From assembly GCF_000143415.4 (NCBI RefSeq), contig NW_003314273.1, forward strand, positions 2,112,597 to 2,176,596: a stretch of DNA of 64,000 bases. The letters run 5' to 3'. How positions within the stretch are numbered: the first letter of the stretch is position 1; the number at the start of each line of letters is the position of its first letter. Made by a program: the position numbers and the translations under genes. Shown here piece after piece: positions 12,846-24,934 of the stretch. The notes under the pieces were generated by a model. It searched no databases and had not been told where the DNA came from. It saw only the letters and a list, made by a program, of their open reading frames with translations. Source of the DNA: Selaginella moellendorffii. Lineage: Eukaryota > Plantae > Lycopodiophyta.

Positions 12846-15144
12846 ATGGCTTCTCAGCCGGGAGCGACGATTCCAGCGCCAGCGCCTGGAGCAGGGGCCG
12901 CGGCTCCAGCGCCGGCTCCTCCTCCAAAATCAGAGATCCTACAGCAGTGCAATCTCCCGGCGCTGAGGACGCGCATGCACGATTTGCAGGCCATTCTCAC
13001 CCGGATCACGCATTCGATCCACACGAATCCATCCTCGAAGTGGTGAGTCTCGTGTTGTGGTGTTTTGGGAAGGGATTTTCAGTGTTTTGTGGCCAGGGGA
13101 GACGTGCTGGGCCAGTTCTCGGTCGTGAACTTGGAGCTCATTAGCTTGGTGGAGGAGATCAAGCCGATACTGAGAGCCTTTGTGGTCTATCCCAAGAATG
13201 TGAGCGCCGGAATGGCACCGAGTAAGCTCTTAGCGTTTTCTTTGTGAAGGCGAAGAAAAAGCTCTCTTTTTTCTTTGCAGTTCTACCGATAATGCTCTCG
13301 TCCAAGCTTTTACCCGAGCTGGAAGCTGAGGAGATGGCCTTGAAAGAGCAAGTTTTGCAACCAATGTCGAATCTCCCGCTCCATGTCCAAACGGAGAAAC
13401 TCCAGGCAAGTTTGAAAAAGAGAAAGCTATGGAACTTGAACGATCGATCTCTGGGGTCTTTGCAGAAGCAAATAGAGCTGGTCCGATCTGTCTGTGATGC
13501 GGCAGAGAAGGTTTTATCCGACTCGAGAAAAGCTCTCGGGCTTGGAGCACGTCAAGGCTTGCCTCCACTCCCAACGATTGACAAGGCTGTTGCGGCCAAA
13601 ATCCTGGAACAGGAGAAGCTGCTTCATGCTGCCGCAAACTTTGGCGAAGGTTTGGTTTGGGGCTATGCTTTTCTATCTCGATAAGTCCCATTCCTCCAGG
13701 TCTCAGAATTTTACCGGAACAACGAAACGCTCCCGTCGTTCTACCACCTCATATCGCCTCGGCATTGGCATCCGCCGACGATGGTACCAGTCTTCTTTCT
13801 CTCTTGTTCCCATACCGTGTTTCTATACCGCTACAGGAAAAGGAGCTCCGATTATCGGTGGAATGCGACCGACGACTCCACAACAGGTCCGGCATTTCAT
13901 ATCGGTGTTCAAATGCGATCTTACCATGTTTTCGTCTTTAAAGATCATCGCAAACGCGACGATGAATGGAGCTCCAGCAGCAGCTGCCGCTCTGGCGGGA
14001 TTTGTGAACTCTCCAAGGCCCGGGGATCTGCAAGCTCAGCAACAGCAGCAGCAGCAGCAGCAACAACAACAACAACAGCAACAGCAGCTACTTATGCAAC
14101 AGCGAAATACTAAAGTCCAGCAGCTGCAAAAGCATTTCCACCAATTACGCCAGCCTACACCAGCTCTACAACAGGTCCAGTGTCTCTTCCTCCTTTTCTA
14201 AATCTGAAATCCATGACTTGGAGACTTCCAGATGCAAGTGGCGAACCAGGCAGGCAATCTCCCACAATCCGCGAAAATGCAGCAATTCTCACAGGTATCA
14301 AAGCATCCCTTTCTGAGCTCCTTTGCAGTTCTGAGAATCTTGCGATTTCAGAGCCACCTTCAAATGAATCAACAACAACAGCACGCTGCTCAACTCCATC
14401 AACACATGCACGTAAGCGACGAAAGACTTTGCTGATTTGCTAACAGAGAGATGGTGTCCCCCAGCTACAGCAAATGCATATACAACAGCTTCATAACAAC
14501 AACGCACAAATGCAGGGCCAGCCGCAACTGGCACAAGCAAATCAAATGCGTCCTCACTTGGCGAACTATGGAAACGCCCAAGCTTCACTTCTTTCTTCCA
14601 ATATGGTGCGCTTCTCTCTCTTTTAAACAAGCTTCCCTTCACGAAACTTAGATCGCGTTACTTTTCAGCAAGGACTCTCGCAACCGGGCTTGCAAAGGCT
14701 ACAGGTAATTTCCTTTCGTACTTTCCCATCTCGAGTTCTTACGAGTTCCATGTGTATGTTTCAAGTTCGGAGGAGGATTGGGAGGCGGCCATTCTCAGCG
14801 ACAGATTCTTCAGGACTCTTGTAAGCTCAGAAAATCTTTCGTGCTTAGCTCACCAGTGTAAAACTGCAGTGTACATGAGTGGAAATCAGTCAGCTGCGCC
14901 GCTTGGCTTGCCTCTACAGCAGCAAATGCCCGGACAGACAAACTACACCCTCATGAACCCCAACCAAAATCCGCTTCTCAGCCCATCGCCCAACACAATC
15001 CACAACAGCCTGCTCAACCAAGGACTTATGAATCCAAACGCTTTGGCTTTCAGGCAGCAGCAGCAACAGCAGCAACAACAGCAACAACAGCAGCAACAGC
15101 ACCAACACCAACAGCAGCAACAGCACCCTCCTCCAAATCAGTAA
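12846..15144 (+). CDS. MED8: Mediator complex subunit 8 (plant type, Gln-rich C-terminus)
   Basis: KW|GDVLGQFSVVNLELISLVEEIK...FVVYPKNV...|LPIMLSSKLLPELE matches the plant MED8 N-terminus. PolyQ tracts at ~14040-14090 and ~15053-15123. Internal exon boundaries are partly uncertain. Confidence 0.88.
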
Positions 15145-15215
15145 AGCACGAATGGAAAAGAAAAGCTACCAACAATGCAACGAGAGGATTGTCCAAAATG
15201 CGAGCTTACTTCTTG

Positions 15216-16130
15216 TTAGTCGAACTGCTGCCGGAGTTGCATCTCAGTCTCCGACTTCCAGGTTGCGTGACTCGACTGTCCTTTCATTCGCTTGCTCTTC
15301 TCCTTGTCCTTCACTTTGGGCGCTCTCTTCTTGTCGACTTGTTCCGGCTCGCTGTTGCGAGGACGGTCCCTGCAAACCGGGCACACCATCCGCCCCTCGG
15401 ACGACGTCTTTGGCACTCCGCACTGGACGCACATCCTGAATCACAGCGATGGATGGAGACTTTTAGAGCTGGAGAGAGCAAACTTTCATCTCACACACCT
15501 TAGAAGCTCGGCCGCGTCTTGTGCCGGAGGATTCTGCGGCTGGATCACTCTTGGCGTTGCTTCTCCAGCCGCTGACGCTGTTGCTTCGTTTGCTACAACA
15601 GCCTCGGTGCTGCTGCGAGCCACCAGCTGTGGTTTGGCCTCCACAACCGCTTCTACTCAAACAAAGATGAAAAGCTTGTTCTTGAGTGTTCTAAGACTCG
15701 AGAAAAGAGTGCCTTCTTACCAACAGGTTTCTTTTGCTGCTGCTGTTGCTGTTGCTCCAGCCTCTCGCTACTGATCGCGTGCTTGAGGAACTCCGGAGGG
15801 CCTGTAATCTGCGAAAACATCGATCTTTCAAGCTCTTCCAAGGGGAGAAATGCCTATTTGATCTTTACTCACCTCTGAGAAGGCCTCTTCTGGAGAAAGC
15901 AATGAAGAACTCGGCGCATTCGCTGCATCCTCTACCACTTCATCCTCTTGCAGCTGCCCTGGATCGTCGTGGCCGCCGCCATTCTGCTGGCGATGATAAT
16001 CTTCCTCACCTCCATTGCGGATTTCTTCCTCCTCGTCAGAGCTCTCCAGCAGCTCCGACCGCGCGGGCTCCTCCTCCGACGAGTAATCCACCAGCGCCAT
16101 CACGGATTCCACCAGCGCCATGGGCGGCAT
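15216..16130 (-). CDS. Conserved uncharacterised protein with acidic N-terminus, CxxC-CxxC zinc ribbon and C-terminal KGQSSHATWKSETEMQLRQQFD
   Basis: Three coding segments joined by GT-AG introns: MALVDYSS..., LLSPEEAFSE|ITGPPEFL, and CVQCGVPK...VCPVC. The C-terminal motif is recalled from plant proteins of unknown function. Confidence 0.75.
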
Positions 16131-16289
16131 CTACAAACCCTAATCTATGAGTGCGTGATTATGCGACGAATATCCGGCTAAGCGAGGGTTTAACAAATTT
16201 TAACGGTATTTTTACACCATTCCTTCCGCCACGACGCTCTTCCTCGAAAGTTTTGTTCTTCCCGCAACCAAAACTTCTCTCCCCCGCCG

Positions 16290-18235
16290 CTAGCTCCTCA
16301 ACGTCCATCGCCGCCCGCCCGTCTTGAAGCCAGCGCCGCCTTGATCGCTGCTCTCGCCGCTGCTCTCAGCACCACTTCCATACGAGGCCGAGTCCTTGAA
16401 CTTCTTTCTCAAGAGCCCGGTGTCGCTAACGCTGCCGCTGAGCAAAGGATCGTCGATTCCTCTCACGGCTCCCCCTAGCCCCTGCCTGATCCAAGCGTCG
16501 TCCTTGGACGCGTGAAGCCTCTTACTCCCTTTGCCGTCGCCGCTCCTGTGCCTACCGTGCCACGGGAGTTGCCCGGGCAACTGGTGGAACTTGTCGTGGA
16601 GAGTCTCGTTCAAGCGATTGATGCCTTTCTCCATCGGCTCCACGGCTTGAGAGACGGTGAACTTGACGTCGTGAACGATCTGCCGAGAGGAAGCGTCAGT
16701 ATAGCCAGCCAAGTTTTGATTTGTAACTTTCGAACCTGTTCGCCTCCGACCATGACAACGTCCTGCATGCTTTCTTTCAAGCTCGTGGCGACGTTCTCCA
16801 TCTCCGGGGGAAGGAAGCGGAGGATGGACCGTCGTTCGCTTTCCTTCACCTCGTCTGGATCCAGCGGCGAGTCCATCGAGGCGTAGTCAGAGAGGACAGC
16901 AACTGAGCGTTGCCCAAACTCGTTTATTTGTTGGTATGGCCTTGCTGGAAAACAGTATATGTGTGCAACAGCAGCTATAGCCATCTGCAAAACACAAACA
17001 TGGATCACAAACCAAACAAAAAGGGATCGTTCACCTCTATACAAATTATGAAATCCTGCAAGCTGGACTGCAGCTTAACTCCTTCGGGAGCAACACCTTT
17101 CGCGGCACCGGAACCAAAGAGCACTGCAATCGCTACACCTTGCCACCAGGTTGCGAAGACGATCGCCTTAAAGCAGATAAACTTCGAGAGGGGCTGGATG
17201 TGGTGAAGCTCATCTTTCGTCACGGCATAGAACTGAACCAAACAATACAGTGCCCATGTCTGGCTGAAGTTCAGTATCACAGTCACGTATGGATATCTGC
17301 GCAGCGATACTGATGAGAATCTAGAGTCACACCTACCGTTCAAAAGAAAGCCATACCCGTAATACCACTTGAACTCCCCCTCTCCATAAGCATCGAAAAC
17401 GTTTAAGAACAGAGATAGGAACGAGAGTGTGGTCTTCAAAATCATCTACATGGAGAAGACGAAAAGCCGTGAGTAGAGCACGGCAGAGAGATTATCTACC
17501 AAAGTACTTACATATTGAACTATGCCGAACTTCACGATGTGATAGAAATCCTGCCCAAGTGACCACGGCGTCAAACAACAGTTTAATGGAATAGGATGCT
17601 TGACAGCCGCTTTTCCGGAGGACCGACTTCGAACAAGAAGAGGTGTTCTCGGACCCGCTATAGCTTGCCTTTCCAGCATGTCCACAACTCGATCCTCGCC
17701 TCCTGCAATGCAGCAAAAAGAGATTACATATGCGTGCGAGTCTCGGAGCGAGAAAAGTTACCCAAGCAGGCAATAAGGTAGCAGCCGAAAGAATACAGTG
17801 CAAACGCTTCATAGCAATTCCGAAGGATGTCACACACGAGTGATAGCTCGTTATTCCACAGCGACACCAGCTACAAGGAAAGAAAATATCTACTCTAAAA
17901 TTGAAAGAAGAGAAAAACGAAAGCTTACCGATTCAACGGAGTAGACAGGAACCATGAAAATGATCCCGACCAGCCATTTTTGTTCCTGGATGGCGATTCT
18001 ATCAGCAACAATCCTAGCACACAGTCTAAGTTCTCACCTCGGGCTTGTTGTACGATGTGAGATGCTCGAAGATGAGAAACGTGGATAACGTGAGCGCGAT
18101 AAGAACAAAAATCCCGGCAACGATAACAGCCCACGTATGAATCGACGTCACGGCATCGTCGGGGCCGGGCGCAGCAGCAAGGATGAAACTACCGCCGACG
18201 TCGAGGCGATCGAGTAGCAATCCCCAAGACAGCAT
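16290..18235 (-). CDS. LAZ1/TMEM184 (DUF300, organic solute transporter alpha-like) membrane protein
   Basis: LIFEHLTSYNKPE|EQKWLVGIIFMVPVYS, KFGIVQY|MILK, YGEGEFKWYYG|YPY...FSQTWALYCLVQFY, PLSKFICFKAIVFATWWQG and LQDFIICIE|MAIAAVAH. Confidence 0.92.
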
Positions 18236-18553
18236 GATAATCCAATCGCTACGCGGCAGCCCCAGATTCTAGGCCAGCGCCACATGCCTGCTGCATTCTA
18301 GGGCAATCGGATGGAATTCCTGGCGGGCTGGAGGAGGAGATCCAAGGCGATCAGCTACAAGAACCCTAGAAGGAGAGAGCTTCCAGCTTACCGCGATTCA
18401 TACCGTCCTATTTACCGCCTGGCGCATCGCTCGACTGAAAATAGACCAATGCGTGGGAGATTTTAGGGTTTCTCGTCAGAGAAGCTATCCACGTAATGTG
18501 CACACGTGTTGGCAGGAGAGTAAAACGCGCAGCGCTCCCATTTGAGGGAGGTG

Positions 18554-19384
18554 TTATCTGTTGCTTGTTGTTTCGAATCTATGTTCTAGCTTGTAGATCC
18601 CCACGGACTCGGCGGCTTTCTCGTCGTATTCCACGAACTCTCCATCGCTCAGATCGATGTTGGAGAATCTCGTCCCGGAATTCTGGAAGGAAATCTGGAG
18701 TAGTGAGTGATCGATCGATCGAGCTCATAGAGCTAGAGCTAAATCTAAGTGAACTTTAGGAAACTTGGAAGAAAGAGCTAAATCTAAGTGATAACTCTAG
18801 AAATCTTGGGAGAAAGAGTGCGAAGTTACTGACCAGGCCCTCGGCTTCCCAAAGGCTGCTGCTGTTACACGAGAACTCCACGGGCTCCATGCCCCGGCAA
18901 TCGAAACACATGACCGGGACGAACTTGCCGGATTCGCTGTCTTCCAGAGTGTAAGGCTTGTTCTTGCCATCCACCAGCGAGATCGTCCCGGTTTTCTTGC
19001 AAAGTTTACACTGCATCAAGCGAGAAAGCCGATCAAATCCTTGAGAGACTTCTTCTCTTGCTCTGCCAAGAACAATCCAATCAAAGAAATTTCCACTGCT
19101 TACTTTCTGGACCAAGTTTGCAGTTCCCCGGCTGTTAGGAATCTCCACAACGTCTGCCGCCGAGACGCCACTGTGCTTCTCGCTCATCGTGCCACAGCTC
19201 CCACATTGGACCTGTTACACGAATCGATCGATCGATCGGAAAATCCCAAAAGGACTCGCGATCGGCTCAAGAATCTCGAAAATGCGACGCAAACCTTGAA
19301 GAAGAAGGTGAAATTCGGGCCCTGCGGCACCAGATTCGTGAGATTCTCGAGCTCCGCCTTGATCTTAAGAAGCAGGAACACCAT
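18554..19384 (-). CDS. CXXC-motif zinc-binding protein (DUF866/UPF0587, C1orf123-like), 4 exons
   Basis: MVFLLLKIKAELENLTNL...FFFK|VQCGSCG...SRGTANLVQK|CKLCKK...FDCRGMEPVEF...|SGTRFSNIDLSDGEFVEYDEKAAESVGI. Stop at 18554-18556. Confidence 0.92.
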
Positions 19385-19503
19385 CCCTAGCCCTTGCCCT
19401 AAAAACACAGAGCACAAAATCTTCGACCGTCCGATATAGGGCTCCTCGTTCTAGGGTTGTTCTTCGGCGGAGTGGAGGCGGCGGCTGACACTGGGCGGTC
19501 GCG

Positions 19504-20203
19504 ATGGGGCGCATGCACACACCCGGGTAAAAGCTCCTCCTCCTCCTCCTCGCGCTCGCGATCTCACCTCTCAAATCCTCTTCCAGAAAGGGTATTTCAT
19601 CCTCGGCTCTGCCTTACAAGAGAACGGCCCCGAGCTGGCTCAAAACCTCATCACAGGAGGTACTTCCATCGATTGAGCTGCAAGAAATCACTGAAATCGC
19701 CTTCCACAGGTTGAGGAGCAAATCTGCAAGCTTGCGAAGAAGGGTCTCACTCCTTCCCAGATCGGTGTAATCCTCCGGGATTCCCATGGCATCGCCCAGG
19801 TCAAAATGCTCACAGGCAGCAAAATCTTGCGCATTCTCAAAGGCCACGGTAAGCCAAATCTTTTTCTTCTTTTTCGTGTGCTCACTCGCGAAATTCGTTT
19901 CCAGGATTGGGCCCAGAGATCCCGGAAGACTTGTACTACCTGATCAAAAAGGCCGTGGCTGTTCGCAAGCATCTGGAGCGAAACCGGAAGGACAAGGACT
20001 CCAAGTTCCGCCTCATCCTCATCGAGAGCAGAGTCCACCGCCTCGCAAGATACTACAAGAGGACCAAGAAGCTCCCTCCAACCTGGAAGTAGTGAGTGTT
20101 CTTCTTTTCTCTCTCGTTCTAGTTCTAGCTCCAGAAACTTACGTTGATCTTACGTGTTGATCTTGGCAGTGAATCCGCAACCGCGAACACTTTGGTGGCT
20201 TAG
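19504..20203 (+). CDS. RPS13: 40S ribosomal protein S13 (uS15), 5 exons
   Basis: MGRMHTPG|[12 protein letters not shown]...[16 protein letters not shown]...[40 protein letters not shown]...[10 protein letters not shown]. Confidence 0.97.
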
Positions 20204-20219
20204 ACTCAAGCTTTAAAAG

Positions 20220-20493
20220 CGAGCTCGTCGACTGTGATCTTCGAGCTCTTCTGTTTTGGATTAGAGTTTTCATTTCGAACTAATCTTCTCAGGGCTTCCA
20301 AATTGTGATCTTTTGTATGAATGTAGGAAGAAACTTGCTAGAAGTATAAGGCATCCCAATCGTGGTGTGCCGAGCTCGTCGACAGTGATCTTCGAGCTCT
20401 TCTGTTTTGGATTAGAGTTTTTATCTCGAACTAAGATTCTCGTTTGTATGTAGGAAGAAACTTGCTAGAAGTATAAGGAATTCCAATCGTGGT
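20220..20493 (+). repeat. Two-copy tandem duplication (~150/125 bp) in the RPS13 3' region
   Basis: CGAGCTCGTCGACwGTGATCTTCGAGCTCTTCTGTTTTGGATTAGAG...TGTAGGAAGAAACTTGCTAGAAGTATAAGG...CCAATCGTGGT occurs at ~20220 and ~20371. Confidence 0.9.
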
Positions 20494-20903
20494 AATTAAT
20501 TTTACACACAATGCTGCTAAGTGTACATGGTTTCTTAATCTCTCTTTCATATGTATAGTACCCCTGAGGAGTCCAGGGATGGATTGGATAATTTGGATTG
20601 CAATCCAGTCCTCTAAAACTCCCCGGTAGTACGTCGAGCCACCGCAGCAGCAGCTACAAGAAGAAAAAAAGAAAGAACAGAAGAAAAGCAAGCCAGAAAT
20701 GAAGAGAACGAGACAAAAGCCGGACCACCTTCCACTTTTTCGTTCCATCTCGTGTTTGGATCTTCGCTGGATGGATGACTGCTTGATTGGTTGATTGATT
20801 GATGCTGGGAGTGTTGGTGTTGTTGATTCATCTTTGGTGTTGTCTAGAGTTGATGTTGAGTATCTATCGGATCGTCGACTGATCGTATCGCTTCGATGAT
20901 CTC

Positions 20904-22124
20904 CTACTTGGCTGCCTTCCTCGCAGCTTTCTTGGCGGGCGATCCAACTTTCTTTGCAACCTTCTTCGGAGCGCCGGCCTTCTTCGCCTTGGCCGCTGCC
21001 GGCACGGCTTTCGATTTGGATGCCCGCGTCGCGACCTTCTTCGCGGGAGATTTGGCCTTGGCCGGGCTCGTCTTGGCCTTTTTGGCAGCAGCAACCTTCT
21101 GCTTCTTCGCGGGAGAGGCCACCTTCTTGGCGGCGGAGCTCGACGCTGCTCGCTTCTTGGATGCCACTGTCGAGGCGAGCGCTGGCTGATCCGACGATGA
21201 AGCCGCCGCCGCCGCTGCTGCCGATGATCCCCTTCTCGTCACTGACTTCGCCGCAGCTGCCTTCTTCGCAACTGGTTTCTTCTTGATCACCTTGCTCGCC
21301 TTGAGGGATGCCGGAGTGGGGGAAGAGGTGGAAGCTACAGCTTTGCCTTTCCTCATCGGCTGCTGCTTCCTCGGAGAAGCTACAGCTTTGGGCTTCCTGG
21401 CCTTGGAAGCACCACTAACCTTCGCCACCTTCTTCTCCTTTGTCTCGGATGGTTTCTTCTTGGCAGCGGCCGCGACCTTCGGCTTGGGAGCTGGCGCTGC
21501 CTCCGCTGGAGCTGGCTTTGGAACGCCCGATCCAACCTTGAAGGAGCCTTTGATCTTCGTGAGCTTGCCCTTCTCGGTGAGGTTCCGGAGCTGGATGAGC
21601 AGCGTCTTCTTGTAAGTCGGGGGGAGCTCGTAATTGTCATCGAGAAACTTGGCGATGGCGTACTGGCTGGATCCACCCCTCTCCTTGAGCGTCGAGATGG
21701 CCTCCATTATCATCTGGAAAACAAAAGCGCGATCCATGAGCTCTAGAACACGATCCTCTTCTGCTCGTAACCAACCAAGAACATCTTTCTTGACGCTTAC
21801 CTCGAGATATGGCGGATGTGTGGATTGCGCTCTCGCCGCCCTCGGCTTGGGATTGCTCTTCGCCTTCGCCGCTACTGGCGCCTTAGCGGCCGCTGTGCTC
21901 GCCGCTGCCTTCTTCCGAGGAGTGGCCGCGGCCTTCTTCCCTTTCTTCCTTCCTTTCTTCGGCTTCTCTCCCTTGGCCGACGCATCCTCGCCATCGCCAG
22001 CGCCTTGCTCGCCCTCGCCGCTGGATTTCTCCTCTCCGGCCGCAGGAGGATCCACTGCTTCCGGCTCCGCCTCGGGGATTTCCTTCGCCTCCGCCGTCCC
22101 TACGGGAACCTCGGCCTCTGCCAT
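20904..22124 (-). CDS. Linker histone H1
   Basis: Globular domain THPPYLE|MIMEAISTLKERGGSSQYAIAKF...LLIQLRNLTEKGKLTKIKGSFKV and a K/A-rich tail with SPxK repeats. One in-frame intron at ~21714-21800. Confidence 0.95.
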   Translation of the reverse strand: MAEAEVPVGTAEAKEIPEAEPEAVDPPAAGEEKSSGEGEQGAGDGEDASAKGEKPKKGRKKGKKAAATPRKKAAASTAAAKAPVAAKAKSNPKPRAARAQSTHPPYLEVSVKKDVLGWLRAEEDRVLELMDRAFVFQMIMEAISTLKERGGSSQYAIAKFLDDNYELPPTYKKTLLIQLRNLTEKGKLTKIKGSFKVGSGVPKPAPAEAAPAPKPKVAAAAKKKPSETKEKKVAKVSGASKARKPKAVASPRKQQPMRKGKAVASTSSPTPASLKASKVIKKKPVAKKAAAAKSVTRRGSSAAAAAAASSSDQPALASTVASKKRAASSSAAKKVASPAKKQKVAAAKKAKTSPAKAKSPAKKVATRASKSKAVPAAAKAKKAGAPKKVAKKVGSPAKKAARKAAK

Positions 22125-22345
22125 CTCTCCAAAATATTTCGATCGATCGATCACACGAATGGAATGGAAACCTAGCCTCTGAGGAGAGACTGGAGAGCAA
22201 TTGATCGAACTAAACCTAGGCTAGACCTCTCTTCCTCCAAGAAACCTGGAAGCCGCGCGCGCGCTCGCGAAGTTAATCTCCAAGCTATGGCGTCTTGCTT
22301 TTCTCTCTTTTTTGTTTTTTAGAAGGCTTTGGTGACTGGCATTTG

Positions 22346-22372
22346 ATTGGCTGCCGGGGCCTGGCGCGGATC
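22346..22372. promoter_or_regulatory. Histone-gene promoter elements: CCAAT box and plant histone octamer CGCGGATC
   Basis: ATTGG at 22346-22350 and an exact CGCGGATC at 22365-22372, about 240 bp upstream of the H1 ATG. The octamer is an established plant histone S-phase element. Confidence 0.65.
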
Positions 22373-23189
22373 GAGCAAATTGAATTGAGGCCGTGCGATG
22401 TGACCCACAGCCAACGGTGGGGATCTTTTGTGGCCCTCGGATTGAAGGTTATGTGTTTTTTCTTTGAGTTTGCGCTGCGATTTCTCGGTGCAGGATTATC
22501 CGATTGACATGCCGATTGGTTTGATGGAAAGAGAATGATCTTGGCTTTGAAACGATGCCTGGATCTTCGGAATGTATGGAGTGCAGCTGCCGCAATTCTC
22601 CGATAAAGCGTGGGTGGTCAGGCTGAGAAGTGGTCCTCTGTTTTGAACCTTGAACCGGCGTGAGACGAATAGCAAATGTAGATCCGGCTGGAACGATCGG
22701 CTCCATAGCACTGAATGAATTTCAAATGACTTCTCAGCAAGTCCATTATCTATAACTTTAAGAACATGTTAAGGAAGATCAACGCATGTCCATTGGTTCC
22801 CACAGAAACTATCCATATTCACCTTTGTTATCACGCAGAGTGTAAAACTTCCTCAAGAGCACGCAAGAACATCTACAGCAAACCATAGCTGCTTGTTTCC
22901 TGAAAGTGCATCGGCAGGGTGGTGGCTAGCTCTTAGTTTCCTACTTTGGTTTGAGGGATTTAATTGGCAATCACCCAGTAACTCGCACAGCAGCATGTTA
23001 CAGGATGTCATCTAATGGCAGCACAAATTCCTTCTCCTAAGCTTTGTTTAATGAAGTTATATTCTATCTAGATTGCTTGCAACAAACTGTTCACAACACA
23101 ATTATCCTTAAATGAGCTGACTTTCTTGATCCACTAGATCAACATTGTGAAACTGTATGCAAATCAACATTTTGTTATATGGCCAGGTT

Positions 23190-24460
23190 AGGATGTAAAA
23201 ACTACAATATAGTGGTTTTCCCCGAGCTCTAGCTTGCTATCTTGTCTCTCCCTCCTCCAGTTGATGGTATACAGCATGTATGCTACATTCTCTGCTCTGT
23301 TTCCAGAAGGAATACATAGACTGTTCCCCATCCTGTGGTTTTGGGAATGGCATATAAATTCCCACTCCATGGAATAGTGACTGGCTGGCAATAGTGCATG
23401 TATGATTGGGGTCTTGATAGTCTATTGCTTCCAATTCTATTTCCATATTGTTTTGATCCAGTTTTGAAATATCTTAGAATTGAAATTTAATATATTATGA
23501 TCTGTTGTCTTTGGTTTATATACAAGCATAGATTTTATCTTTTTTGATTGCTGTTCTTTGCACATATACGTATGAAGCAGAAGCTACTGTACAGAGACAC
23601 AAAAGCTCTAGTGACATGAAGCTCTGCGACTTTTAACAAGGGCTCAAGAAGAAAAAAAGAAAAAAGTTATAGATATCAGCAAATTCTAAAGTCTAACTCT
23701 GATAAGATTTTATCTTTTGATTGCACCTTCGTGGCTAGCATCTCACTCTCCAAATTCGTGGTGGTGGATTGTGGAAGCCGGAACTCAATGATCATATCTG
23801 CCCTTAATGTCTGAGCCGGTTTAAAATTGTGGTTTCACTCAAAGAATAGTCACTATAATACTTGCCTTCGGCTGCAATGTATCTTGGGGCAAAAACTTTG
23901 TTCATTTTCGCGGAACTCACTTTGATGCCCGGGCAAATCCATGAAAATTTCCCTGGTAGGGGTAGTTCGTGGTGTTTCAGAGACGCTCACTTGTCCATGA
24001 CATTTTTCTAGTGTTTTAGAGTCTGGTTATACGCACGGGACATTTTTTCTCTGACCAAACAGACGCTCTGATGAAAACTAGATGGAAATTGAGCGAAGCT
24101 CCAACGCTATGATGTTACATTTGAGATGGTAATGCCGATTGATCGGCAACTTGCTCCCGAAAGTCGTCCAAGATCGCTTTCACGTCCGCGTCCTGCATCA
24201 GGAAGCATTGCCATGCATGCACGATATATATCAAGTAGGCATACATTGGTAAATATCGAGTGGATATTTTGGTTGGCCAATGGGTTGTGGACACAGCTGG
24301 ATGCTTGAGGGCTCATTGTCACTCTGGGTCACGCTAGCAGTGCTGGCCTCCGGCCGATTAAAATTCCAAATCAGGAATTCATGTTAGGATTCAATTGTGC
24401 TGGATTGCTAGTAGTTTTTCCTTCTGCATACTGCCTCTGATCGGCTCTAGAATAAAATGA
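23190..24460 (-). pseudogene. Possible decayed spliced gene fragments of unknown identity
   Basis: Short coding-like segments bounded by GT/AG (e.g. DADVKAILDDFREQVADQSALPSQ; MEIELEAIDYQDPNHTC...), interrupted by stops. Confidence 0.2.
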
Positions 24461-24934
24461 GAGATCACTTTGGAGATTTACAATGTTCTATTTTTCCCAC
24501 TCTCAGGATCGTCCAAGAGCTATGGCAGGAAATCAGTTTAGTCTCAAGATTCAGTAACAGTGGATTCCATTTTTTGTAGATTGAATTTTTCTCACAGCAG
24601 TTGTAGGAGGCAGTCTTGCTGCTCCATTGTGAAACAATTACAGCATCGTGGGGTGGCAGCCATGATAACGTAAGCTGGTTGAAATTCCAAAGCCTCTACC
24701 AAAGTAGAGGGGCAGAGATTGGTGGGAGGAGGTCTAGATTGATATGTCTAGAGGTTTTAGTGTAACTATGGGTAAATTTGTGAGTATAAAAGATCACTCA
24801 ATTTCTTGACATTGTTTACTAATTGAAGTTTTTGCATTAAAATAATTTACTATGGGAAATTTAGTGACACCTCTTTTTTTTTCCATAAAATTTTTAAGAT
24901 TGTGTTTTTGAGAATTACAGTGGGAAAATAGAGG

